Assembly (NCBI GenBank): GCA_938091905.1
Contig: CALKOM010000125.1
Span: 1 to 42,283, forward strand
Length of the DNA stretch: 42,283 bases
Direction of reading: 5' to 3'
DNA from: an uncultured Verrucomicrobiales bacterium
GTDB taxonomy: Bacteria > Verrucomicrobiota > Verrucomicrobiia > Verrucomicrobiales > DEV007
Numbering within the stretch: the stretch's first letter is position 1; every line of letters begins with the position of its first letter. The notes beneath the pieces are model-generated. The model made no database searches. It had not been told where the DNA came from and saw nothing but the letters and a program-made list of their open reading frames with translations. Below, piece by piece: positions 26,079-34,656 of this stretch. The position numbers were made by a program, and so were the translations under genes.

Positions 26079-27743
26079 GTGCCCAAACCCACTCCTCAGC
26101 CCTCCGGGAATCCACAAGATCCAGCATTTCGCGAGCACGTGATTCAGCGAATGCTGCGGGAAAGTATCTCCGCGAAGGCCATCGCAAAGGAATATGGCCT
26201 CGATGCCAAAGAGGTACGGGCATGGAAGACGAGCTTTCTCAAGCAGCTGAAAACAGCAACCAAAGGCACCCCTCCCCGCAAGAACGCGCCTCCTCGACCA
26301 ACACCAGCACCCATGGTCGAGGACATCAGTCAGAAGCGGATTCGTAAAGAGGACGCGAAGCGCCCTCCCCAAGGGTCTCCGGTCGTGCCTTTCCCAGACC
26401 AGCCAGGCTCCCAGCCGCTCACTGCGGCGGATCGCCAGAATCTCGAGAAAACACAACGCCTTATCATCGAGAAAGGCCAGGTGGCCGAAGTCGGCAAGAG
26501 GTTGGGAATGATGCCTCGGCATCATTATGAGGCTCCTCGCTCCAGACCCATCAGTCAGGCAGGTGAGCCTGTGACAGCGGAAGGTCCAGGCATGCACGAA
26601 CTCGCCGATGATACAAAGGAGCGGTTCGCCAAGAACTGGGCGAAAGTCGGGGCGGATACTCCACCTCTAGCACAGCATCAACTGCCACCTCCACCAATGG
26701 TTCCAAGCTTCAAGGAACGATTGAGCACACGTTTAGCGAGTTTGCCCGTCATTTCCTGGGTGCTACACGGTGGGCGCTTACGCAGCCCGTGGCTCGTTCC
26801 TATCATTCTTCTTACCATTGGTGGAGTCGTCTACCTGCTCCTGAAGGATTGGGAAACCTACCGACGCCAGGATAGCCTTTCCGCAGAAGAGTTGAAAGAA
26901 ACACCACGTTACCTCCAACCCATCTCTCGAGCCGAGGTCGAGAGTTCGGAGAAACTCATCCGGGACTTCTTTGCTGTCCGCACCATTGACGGCCTTGAAC
27001 CCTACGTGAGAATGCCTGGTACAATCCTGCCACTGATGCGACGTTACTACCTTATCCGTGCTGTGAAGCCACTGGAGGTCAAAGGATTCGACTATCATCG
27101 GCACTCGGACATTTCCGCTGGGGACATTACTATCCACGGCGCCCGCCTTGGTCATCTAGGGAAAGTAAGAGAAATCACAATCGAGCACACCCCCAATGGT
27201 CCCAAGATAGATTGGGAAACCGCCGTTCGCTACCAGCCGATGGAGTGGCAGAACTTTCGGCGTGTGCGCCCAACAGAGACCACTTACTTTCGCCTGTCCT
27301 TGCAGCGCTCGACCTATTACGAAAAGCCGTTCCACGACATGACGGTTTACCAGTCCTATCGGATCATTTATCCTGGGGAGCTCCGCCCTCTCAATGGCTT
27401 TGTCATGATCGATACAGAAGCAGAGATCGCTATGCGCTCACTGTTCAAGGATACTTCCGTGACCAAAGATCTCATTGTAGGCTTAAAGTTTCGGTCGTCG
27501 GCGAAGACAGGAGATGGCCTCGTGGAGATCACCGAGCTGCTTCAAGACTCGTGGATCATGTCATACGGCGAGGGCGAACAACACATGGATCTACGCATCC
27601 CAGAGTCACGCATACTTCCTAAACTTCCTCCGGATCCAGCCGTTCCAGATCCTGAAACCGCACCCTCTGAGGTTCTGGAGGCCGAAGAAAGTGAAGAAAC
27701 CGCCGCTGAAACACCTTCGGAAGCTGCTCCTCCCAAAGAGTAG
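26079..27743 (+). CDS. Single-pass membrane protein with an N-terminal HTH-like motif and a periplasmic domain
   Basis: FREHVIQRMLRESISAKAIAKEYGLDAKEVRAWK; Pro-rich linker; TM WLVPIILLTIGGVVYLLL; KIDWETAVRY; acidic tail. Confidence 0.75.
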   Translation: MPKPTPQPSGNPQDPAFREHVIQRMLRESISAKAIAKEYGLDAKEVRAWKTSFLKQLKTATKGTPPRKNAPPRPTPAPMVEDISQKRIRKEDAKRPPQGSPVVPFPDQPGSQPLTAADRQNLEKTQRLIIEKGQVAEVGKRLGMMPRHHYEAPRSRPISQAGEPVTAEGPGMHELADDTKERFAKNWAKVGADTPPLAQHQLPPPPMVPSFKERLSTRLASLPVISWVLHGGRLRSPWLVPIILLTIGGVVYLLLKDWETYRRQDSLSAEELKETPRYLQPISRAEVESSEKLIRDFFAVRTIDGLEPYVRMPGTILPLMRRYYLIRAVKPLEVKGFDYHRHSDISAGDITIHGARLGHLGKVREITIEHTPNGPKIDWETAVRYQPMEWQNFRRVRPTETTYFRLSLQRSTYYEKPFHDMTVYQSYRIIYPGELRPLNGFVMIDTEAEIAMRSLFKDTSVTKDLIVGLKFRSSAKTGDGLVEITELLQDSWIMSYGEGEQHMDLRIPESRILPKLPPDPAVPDPETAPSEVLEAEESEETAAETPSEAAPPKE

Positions 27744-27745
27744 CT

Positions 27746-28140
27746 TCACACCCGCCGGAGAAACAAACCGACAAGCGAGAGAGCAAGCGCTCCAAGATAG
27801 AACCAGGAGGCCACCGACAGACGAGTGTTCAGCGGACGAAGCCCTGCGCGAAAACCACCCTCGGTAAATCGGGGCAAGGTTTCGAGCGCTTCCGAAACGT
27901 TGCCCGAGAGCGCATACTCCGGCGGATAGGACCGGTGATAATGCAAGACCTTGAGAAGGTCGTCTTGCGTGTCGTGCACGCGCAGCGTTAGTCTCTCGTG
28001 ACCACTGAGAGAAACAGACGCTTCATAACATCCTAAGCCCACCGGTCGCACAGGCACATTGATGTTCTTCCCTATTTTCGTAGTAGCCTGGACGTCCCAC
28101 GCGACGCTATTTACAGGGACGCGATTCGGACCTCGTCTGA
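27746..28140 (-). pseudogene. C-terminal remnant of a larger membrane protein (resembles the tails of VWA-domain membrane proteins)
   Basis: VGLGCYEA...HRSYPPEY...WFYLGALALSLVGLFLRRV*. The 5' part of the ORF-track ORF is merely the antisense of the kinase remnant. The boundary is approximate. Confidence 0.5.
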
Positions 28141-28147
28141 TCATCTG

Positions 28148-28728
28148 AATCGCCCACAACTCTTCATTGATACTCTCAGAAATCTCGAGCCCTTGAGTAG
28201 AAGCCTTTCGAAAGATTGCACGAAAGATCTGGGCCTGCTCCATCGAGATCTAAAGCCAGCGAATCTCATGATCTCCTGGTTACCCTCAGGCTCCTATCGA
28301 GTGAAGATCCTATACTTTGGCATGGCCAAGTACGCTCCGGTGCCGGTCCACCAGACTGAAGATCAAGACAAGGCGATCTAAGGAACGATACATTTCATGG
28401 CGCCGGAACAGTTTAAACGCCAGCCCCTCGACTCCCGCACAGATCTCTAGCGTGTATTCTCTATCTTGGGCTCTCTGGAATGAACCCTTTTCAAGGTGAC
28501 AGCCCAGCCGAGATCATGAAAGCCCAGCCTCAATCTAGGGTCCTCCCTATTCGAATGATTCGGCGAGACCTCCTACTAACATTGCCCTAATAGTTAATGT
28601 CGATGCTGGTCCGTGACGGAGTAGATCGCCCTGAAGACGCAGCCTCAGCACTTGAGGCACTCCAAAAGGCCATCGCCCTGTCAGAAGCCCCTGATGAGGA
28701 CGGAGAGTTGCTTCGGCAAACCGGTTAG
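28148..28728 (+). pseudogene. Degraded Hanks-type Ser/Thr protein kinase
   Basis: LLHRDLKPANLM, VKILYFGMAK (DFG changed to YFG), *GTIHFMAPEQ, LDSRTDL*, frameshift, CILY...NPFQG, ** at 28588-28593, DRPEDA; N-lobe missing. Confidence 0.9.
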
Positions 28729-28741
28729 TCAGCGGGAAAGA

Positions 28742-29473
28742 TCACTGGAGTTCAGCGATAAACCGGAGCCCATGCAAAGTCAGATCTGGTTCATAAAGTT
28801 TCACGCCGAGAGCGTCATAGAAGAGTTCCCCTGCCCCCCCCGTGGCGACGATCGTGGCCTCGTCTGGCTGATCAAAAGTGGCTAGCAATTCGTCAAGAAT
28901 ACGCCGGACCATACCAGCGTATCCATAGTAGGCTCCAGCTTGCATCGCCTCTTCAGTCGACCGACCAAACGGTGACGGGTCCTTGATTAACTCGACTCGG
29001 GGCAACAATGCGGTCCGCTCGCTCATATAATCGCTCATCATCTCCACTCCAGGAGCGATGACACCACCACAGTAGTTTCCTTCGACGGACAACACATCAA
29101 ACGTCACCGCCGTTCCGAAATCAACGACTATGCCAGGCTGCCCGTGAAGCTTGGCCAAAGCTGCAGCATTGGCTAATCGGTCAGCTCCGATCGTTTCGGG
29201 TTCGGGGTAATCAATCCCAATACCTAGCGGAACGCGAAAACTAACAATCAGTAAATCCTCTCCAAAAACTTCTTGCAAAGCCTTAGTCCGACTGGGAACA
29301 ACAGAACAAACGACGACTTGATCGGCCCGGCTGGCCCAATCCCCGATCACTTCAAGAATCGACTCTCGTGAAATTTCGTCTGTAGACAGCTGTCTACGCT
29401 CTATCAATCGGACATCATCGGCAAACACCAGCTTGGTGCGCGTGTTGCCCACATCGATCAAGATCCGTTTCAC
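28742..29473 (-). CDS. coaX: Type III pantothenate kinase
   Basis: IDVGNTRTK, IGADRLAN, VDFGTAVTFD, GGVIAPG, ATGG, PDLTLHGL. Confidence 0.95.
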   Translation of the reverse strand: MKRILIDVGNTRTKLVFADDVRLIERRQLSTDEISRESILEVIGDWASRADQVVVCSVVPSRTKALQEVFGEDLLIVSFRVPLGIGIDYPEPETIGADRLANAAALAKLHGQPGIVVDFGTAVTFDVLSVEGNYCGGVIAPGVEMMSDYMSERTALLPRVELIKDPSPFGRSTEEAMQAGAYYGYAGMVRRILDELLATFDQPDEATIVATGGAGELFYDALGVKLYEPDLTLHGLRFIAELQ

Positions 29474-29478
29474 GCCTT

Positions 29479-30240
29479 TTAAGATTTTGCTGGAAAGTAG
29501 GTTCCTAAGCCTTTGCCCAACAAAAGATCGCCTAACTGATCAGGACGCCTTCCGTTAGCAATGTAGACACCGACCCCCGCCTCAGTCGCCTTCTGAGCCG
29601 CACGCAGCTTGGTCGCCATTCCACCGACTGAAAAACCGCCTTTTTCCTCAGAAGCATAATCTAGCACATCGTCGATATCATCGACACGGGACACCAGTTC
29701 GCTGGTCTCCGGATGCAAGAGACCATCTACGGAGGTGAGGAGCACGAGCACGTCGGCCTCGACCAAAGTCGCCACGTCGGAGGAAAGAAGATCGTTATCA
29801 CCGTATCGCAGCTCCTCTACTGCGACAGAATCATTCTCATTGATCACTGGAATCGTCTTCGGAAAGGACAGCAACTGATTCAAGGTGTTGGAAACATTAC
29901 CCCGACGCTCCGGAGTCCGGAGATCGTCATGCGTCAAGAGCAGCTGGCCCACATGAAGTCCATGCAGGCGAAACAGCGACTCATAGTATTGCATCAGCCG
30001 CGTCTGCCCAACGGCGGCGCAGGCTTGCAGCACCTCAAGCGAAGTGGGGCGAACATCTAATCCAAAGCTCGTCAGTCCAGCAGCGACAGCCCCGCTCGAC
30101 ACCACCACGCATTCGTCCCCAGCCTTGCACAACCTCGCGATTGCTTGAGTCAGCCCCACAAACTGCGCGCCATCCAAATCCACACGCTCGTCGGAGGTCA
30201 GAACCCCGGAGCCGAATTTAAAGACCAGTCGTCGCGCCAT
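29479..30240 (-). CDS. proB: Glutamate 5-kinase (no PUA domain)
   Basis: VFKFGSG, VSSGAVAAG, AAVGQ, PVINENDSV, GDNDLLS, GGMATKLRAA. Confidence 0.95.
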   Translation of the reverse strand: MARRLVFKFGSGVLTSDERVDLDGAQFVGLTQAIARLCKAGDECVVVSSGAVAAGLTSFGLDVRPTSLEVLQACAAVGQTRLMQYYESLFRLHGLHVGQLLLTHDDLRTPERRGNVSNTLNQLLSFPKTIPVINENDSVAVEELRYGDNDLLSSDVATLVEADVLVLLTSVDGLLHPETSELVSRVDDIDDVLDYASEEKGGFSVGGMATKLRAAQKATEAGVGVYIANGRRPDQLGDLLLGKGLGTYFPAKS

Positions 30241-30274
30241 GGTTTGAGCGTGGCGGCATAGTCTCGCTTGTCAA
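30241..30274 (-). promoter_or_regulatory. Promoter TTGACA-N16-CACGCT-N6-ATG for proB-coaX
   Basis: Consensus -35 at 30269-30274, -10-like hexamer at 30247-30252, ATG at 30240. Confidence 0.55.
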
Positions 30275-30280
30275 CGATGA

Positions 30281-30823
30281 CTACTCCGCATTCACCCGCT
30301 TTCTAACATAGGTATCGACCGCAAAAGCGTTCGATTCAAAGGCAAAGTCTTCCTTCCTCACGTCCTCGGGCTGCGCAATGAACCAGTCTTGCACTTCACT
30401 CGCATCCGATTCAATCCCCTCAAAGCACTCTACTTTCGCAGTGTAGAAGAAATCGGTCACCTGGTAGACCACTCCGTCATAAGCATACGTATTGGGGTGC
30501 GATGTTAGGTATGATAGCTCGCCTAAGGTCAGCCCTACTTCTTCATAGGCCTCTCGTCGAGCAGCCTCTTCTCCGGATTCGCCCGCATCAATGAATCCCC
30601 CGGGCATTCCTAACTTACTTTTTCCGGGGTCGCGTTCTCTCCTTATGAAAAGAACCCGTCCGCTAGCATCACTCACCAGGGTTCCAACGGCACCAGCCGG
30701 ATTAAAGAAATAGCGGAACGCGCACACGCACGTCAGCGGATTTCCCCCTCCATCCCGCGCCTCCCCGCAGCTTGGACAATAATGAAAAGCAGCCTCGACT
30801 GGTTGAGTATCAGGAACGCTCAT
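30281..30823 (-). CDS. NUDIX hydrolase with an N-terminal zinc ribbon
   Basis: YCPSCG...CVC; Nudix box GGFIDAGESGEEAARREAYEEVGL. Confidence 0.92.
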   Translation of the reverse strand: MSVPDTQPVEAAFHYCPSCGEARDGGGNPLTCVCAFRYFFNPAGAVGTLVSDASGRVLFIRRERDPGKSKLGMPGGFIDAGESGEEAARREAYEEVGLTLGELSYLTSHPNTYAYDGVVYQVTDFFYTAKVECFEGIESDASEVQDWFIAQPEDVRKEDFAFESNAFAVDTYVRKRVNAE

Positions 30824-31586
30824 CCGCCTTGATTTCTTCGCTTGTCTCTGGGCTTTTCGGCTTGGCAGGAGTCTTCAAAATCGGCTTCTCGAAAATCATG
30901 AAATGCTGGCGAGGGAGAAAGTCCCGCGTCTCCACCCATCGAAAGCCAGACGCCGCATACTCCACTTTGGCTTGTTTCTGACTCATCTTATGGAGTGGCT
31001 TAATCGGAACCAGCGGATCTTCTGCTCGATACTCTAGCAGAAATATTCGTCCACCCGGCTTCAAAGCACGATACATCGATGCCAGCATTTCCCTTGGAAA
31101 AGAGAATTCATGGTAGGCATCTACTAACAACACCGCGTCAACTTCGTTTTCAGGGAGCCTCGTATCATCCTCCACGCTTAGAAGCGTCTCAACATTCTCA
31201 ATACCAAAAGCCTTCCGGCGCTTCTTAAGGATATCGATCATCTCCTGTTGGATATCCACCGCAATGACTTTCCCTTTGGGAACCTTCTCCGCGAGCTTAA
31301 AGGTGAAGTACCCTGATCCCGCACCAATATCAGCAACTACGGCATCTTCGGCCAGCTCCAGATTCTTCATGAGCAAGCTTGGCTTCTCCTCTTGTTCTCG
31401 CTCAGAGCGCTCCAACCAACCAGCCCCCAAGTGTCCCATGACTTGAGATATTTCCCGTCCCATGAAGTACTTCCCGATCCCATCACGAGTCTTCGGTCCT
31501 TCGGTGTATGGCTGAAAGGACTTCTCAGAGGTATCAGCCCGACCAAGCGTGACCGTGAGAGCGAGGAGCGAAAGTAGCAAACGCAT
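30810..31586 (-). CDS. Class I SAM-dependent methyltransferase with a predicted signal peptide
   Basis: MRLLLSLLALTVTLGRA; VADIGAGSGYF, AVDIQ, VDAYHEF, ALKPGG. Confidence 0.9.
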   Translation of the reverse strand: MRLLLSLLALTVTLGRADTSEKSFQPYTEGPKTRDGIGKYFMGREISQVMGHLGAGWLERSEREQEEKPSLLMKNLELAEDAVVADIGAGSGYFTFKLAEKVPKGKVIAVDIQQEMIDILKKRRKAFGIENVETLLSVEDDTRLPENEVDAVLLVDAYHEFSFPREMLASMYRALKPGGRIFLLEYRAEDPLVPIKPLHKMSQKQAKVEYAASGFRWVETRDFLPRQHFMIFEKPILKTPAKPKSPETSEEIKADERS

Positions 31587-31617
31587 CCCAAGAACAAAGC
31601 AGAGAATTTCGGCTCGT

Positions 31618-33603
31618 TCAAGGCCCCACGCGAAGCACGCCCAGAAAGCGCTGTGCTTGGCTAGGATCGTTTAGAATCACATTTCCAGACTTCAAGCACC
31701 GGCGTCCGTTCTGATAAGTCTCCAATCTCGGTGCAGCGCCACGTTCTATCACTGCCGCTAATTCGACTAGCGAACTGACTTCATAGTGATCGAAATCTCG
31801 ACGCGATAAGATTTCAAAGCGTAGCGGCACGCCCTTCACCACCTGCCTGGCCAACTCAAGTGCGACACGGCCCATCGTGTATCGAGGGTTGATTTCGATG
31901 ACAGGATAATGCTTCAACTCGCCGGCTTCATCACGGGCAATCATGGCATCCACCCCGAGCGGCCCTTTGTATCCCAGTCGCTCCAAGTGAGGCCGGATAA
32001 GCTTGGGAAAGGTCTCCTCATAGTATCGTTCTACGTGACGATCCTCACTGTAAAAATAGCGCATCAACGATTCGTTGGCACCAGCGGTGACTGCCCGGTG
32101 CACCGAACATGCCTGGAATCGTCCCTTGGCATCATTGTGCAACTGGGTGTAGCCCAACAAGCGTAACTCCTGGTCATACTGGACCGAGAAATCGAGAACC
32201 CGCTCGCGCCGAGGTTCCACAACTACCGCTCCCTCTTCTTTCAAGATTCGATCCCTCCAGGCCTCATCTTCAGGCGTGATTCCCGCTGTATTCACGAATC
32301 TGAGCCCCTGACCGGCCACCCCGTATGGTGCTTTCCAGACAGAATCTCCCACTGAGGCCTCAGAAACTTCTCCAGCAGTCGCACAAACCTGCCCGAGACC
32401 AAACTGGGCCGAGAACGTCTTCGAATGCAGTTCATGCCATCCAGGATCCCATCCCCTGCCCAATTGCGAGAGCTGAGATCGTAAGGACTGCAGCCATTCG
32501 GTATCGGGACTCCACGACCAGGGACGCAATTCGTGAAGCTTTCGCCCTGCGAGCGCCAATTCGTCCCGAACCTGAATCTCGGGCAATAGGAACCCCGCAT
32601 CAGACAACTTTTTCAAGAATTCAAGACCCGGCTTCTTCGCCAAGATCGCAATGTCATCTTGGCGCGCAAGAAACAATGAGAGGCTACTAAGATCATCGCC
32701 GAGCGCTAACAAACTCCTGGGCAACGGCTTGGGAAGTAATCCTCGTACCTCTTTAGCCACCGTGCTCTCTGCCTGCGGGTTGAAATGAAAAACATTGGGC
32801 GTGCGGCCTTTCGACTGGGTGAACACCTCAAGTTGATTCACAAAGTCCGGGGCCAATCCCGCCTCCAACCGCCCTTCCCGATTGAAGAAACCACGCCCTT
32901 TCGCCCGACTGGGTGACAATGGAAACGTCAGCCTCTGGCGAAAGCTTTCCCAGTCGGACTCGCCCGGCGACTTCCATTGACGAAACCAGTCAAGCCCGTG
33001 GCTCACATGACTGATCTCGTCTCGATAGATACGATCTAAGATCTTGGCCGTCCTCGTATCACCCGCCTCTTGAAACAGTCCCGCAAAGTGACGGGAATAG
33101 TCCAGGTTGGCCTGTTCAAACGTTAGACAGAGCCGCGAGACATAGTCTGCTGGGGTTTGCATCGTCGAAACTGCTTTCCAGAAGAACCCATTGACTGGCT
33201 CGGACCCAAACGACACCCCACACTCCCCTAAACGCTTCATATACAGTCTCGTATGCATCTGCTCTTCCTGTAACGTTTTTGCCACACCCATGCGGAAGTC
33301 AGCCGGGGCATCAGGAAACTTCAACAGGACGAGCGCCATCAACTCGGCCGCGAGCAACTCGTGATTGGCAAAGAAGTGCAGCAATCGCCCCCGATCTTTG
33401 TCATCCCCCAGGCGTGCTAGGCTGGGCAATGCAGTGCGTGTCCCTAGCCTTTCAAAGATCAACGCATCGGGCCGACCTGGCATCGACGGAGAGATCTTTG
33501 CCTCGCCTCGCGATTCATCGACCAGCCGAGAGTTCGGGGGTGCCAGCTTCTCTTCAAGCGTGGTCGCCAAGAGCACTCGCTCCGCAAATTCATGTAACTT
33601 CAT
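31618..33603 (-). CDS. DUF455-type ferritin-like di-iron domain fused to an ATP-grasp domain
   Basis: LHFFANHELLA, EEQMH, FEQANLD, DEISH; then WKAPYGVAGQG, VVEP, GPLGVDAM, EINPRYTMG. Confidence 0.8.
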   Translation of the reverse strand: MKLHEFAERVLLATTLEEKLAPPNSRLVDESRGEAKISPSMPGRPDALIFERLGTRTALPSLARLGDDKDRGRLLHFFANHELLAAELMALVLLKFPDAPADFRMGVAKTLQEEQMHTRLYMKRLGECGVSFGSEPVNGFFWKAVSTMQTPADYVSRLCLTFEQANLDYSRHFAGLFQEAGDTRTAKILDRIYRDEISHVSHGLDWFRQWKSPGESDWESFRQRLTFPLSPSRAKGRGFFNREGRLEAGLAPDFVNQLEVFTQSKGRTPNVFHFNPQAESTVAKEVRGLLPKPLPRSLLALGDDLSSLSLFLARQDDIAILAKKPGLEFLKKLSDAGFLLPEIQVRDELALAGRKLHELRPWSWSPDTEWLQSLRSQLSQLGRGWDPGWHELHSKTFSAQFGLGQVCATAGEVSEASVGDSVWKAPYGVAGQGLRFVNTAGITPEDEAWRDRILKEEGAVVVEPRRERVLDFSVQYDQELRLLGYTQLHNDAKGRFQACSVHRAVTAGANESLMRYFYSEDRHVERYYEETFPKLIRPHLERLGYKGPLGVDAMIARDEAGELKHYPVIEINPRYTMGRVALELARQVVKGVPLRFEILSRRDFDHYEVSSLVELAAVIERGAAPRLETYQNGRRCLKSGNVILNDPSQAQRFLGVLRVGP

Positions 33604-33613
33604 TGCGTATTCG

Positions 33614-34141
33614 CTAGTTATTCAATTTCGCCAAATGCTCACGATGAAATCGTGCCATGTGGATGTACTTGTTGGCCAGCTTAAGATTCTTCCGTTGCTC
33701 CACTTCAGTCAAATTTCTCACCACCCGAGCCGGACTTCCTAACACAAGTGATCCTGGCGGAATCTTCTGATGCTGCGTGACCACTGCACCCGCTCCAATG
33801 ATAGAGCGGGCACCAATTTCCGTTCCGTCCATAACAATGGCACCCATGCCAACAAGGACCTCATCATCGATAATACAAGCATGGAGGATCGCCCGATGCC
33901 CCACGGATACATGAGCACCCAATGATACCCCATAATCATCAGATAAATGAATGATCGATCCATCCTGCACATTGCTGCCAGGCCCAATCACGATGCGATG
34001 AATGTCCGCTCGCAACACGGTTTGATACCATACACTAGCATCCTCCATAAGGTGAACATCGCCCACCACGGTCGCATCTGGCGCAATGAAGGCTGACTCG
34101 GCAATCGTCTGCGCTCTGGTTAGAAACTCCGGACATTCCAT
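33614..34141 (-). CDS. Gamma carbonic anhydrase family protein (YrdA/PaaY-like)
   Basis: Hexapeptide repeats, LRAD, NVQDGSIIH, VGHRAILHAC. Confidence 0.93.
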   Translation of the reverse strand: MECPEFLTRAQTIAESAFIAPDATVVGDVHLMEDASVWYQTVLRADIHRIVIGPGSNVQDGSIIHLSDDYGVSLGAHVSVGHRAILHACIIDDEVLVGMGAIVMDGTEIGARSIIGAGAVVTQHQKIPPGSLVLGSPARVVRNLTEVEQRKNLKLANKYIHMARFHREHLAKLNN

Positions 34142-34300
34142 GATTTATCACACTGGGAGCGGAAATTGCTTGTCAGGCAATAGCTTTCCTAATAAAAACC
34201 GTCAAATCGACAAAAACTGGTCCGTTTTTTTTCAGATCGTCACTATCTGAACGCAGGACCGTTCACACTCCAAATCCTCACCTAGTTAGAACACAATATT

Positions 34301-34579
34301 ATGAACAAGACGGAACTTATCGACTCAATCCACGAACGTCTGGGCGACGATGCGACCAAACGCCAAGCTGAGGACGCTCTCGCAGCAGTGCTCGATGCCA
34401 TCGCCGTCGGCGTCAAGAAAGACGAGAAAGGTATCCAACTCATTGGCTTTGGCACCTTCAAGGTGGCCCATCGCGCTGAAAGAATGGGCCGCAATCCTCA
34501 GACGAAAGAGCCTATGAAGATACCCGCATCAAAGACGATTCGTTTTATCCCATCTGCTGCATTGAAGAAGACTTTGTAG
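34301..34579 (+). CDS. hup: HU family DNA-binding protein
   Basis: MNKTELI, GFGTFKV, RAERMGRNPQT, IPASK. Confidence 0.95.
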   Translation: MNKTELIDSIHERLGDDATKRQAEDALAAVLDAIAVGVKKDEKGIQLIGFGTFKVAHRAERMGRNPQTKEPMKIPASKTIRFIPSAALKKTL

Positions 34580-34604
34580 TCCTTCCTGCCATAAGAACTT
34601 TGAT

Positions 34605-34640
34605 AGGCCCGCGTTTGGTTAAAACGCGGGCCTTTTTCGT
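34605..34640 (+). terminator. Rho-independent terminator after hup
   Basis: AGGCCCGCGTTT-GGTTA-AAACGCGGGCCT followed by TTTTCGTTTT. Confidence 0.9.
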
Positions 34641-34656
34641 TTTATAGGGTGATGCC

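Noticed and set aside
26079..26280. IS3-family transposase
   Set aside because: Only an HTH-like motif; no DDE domain, terminal inverted repeats or frameshift signal, and the ORF continues into a TM protein.
26070..26597. 175-aa minus-strand ORF, and similar long shadow ORFs such as 21033-21653 and 5219-5680
   Set aside because: They overlap well-supported genes on the opposite strand and lack motifs.
29479..30240. proB truncation (no PUA domain, no adjacent proA)
   Set aside because: PUA-less glutamate 5-kinases and unlinked proA are common; the catalytic motifs are intact.
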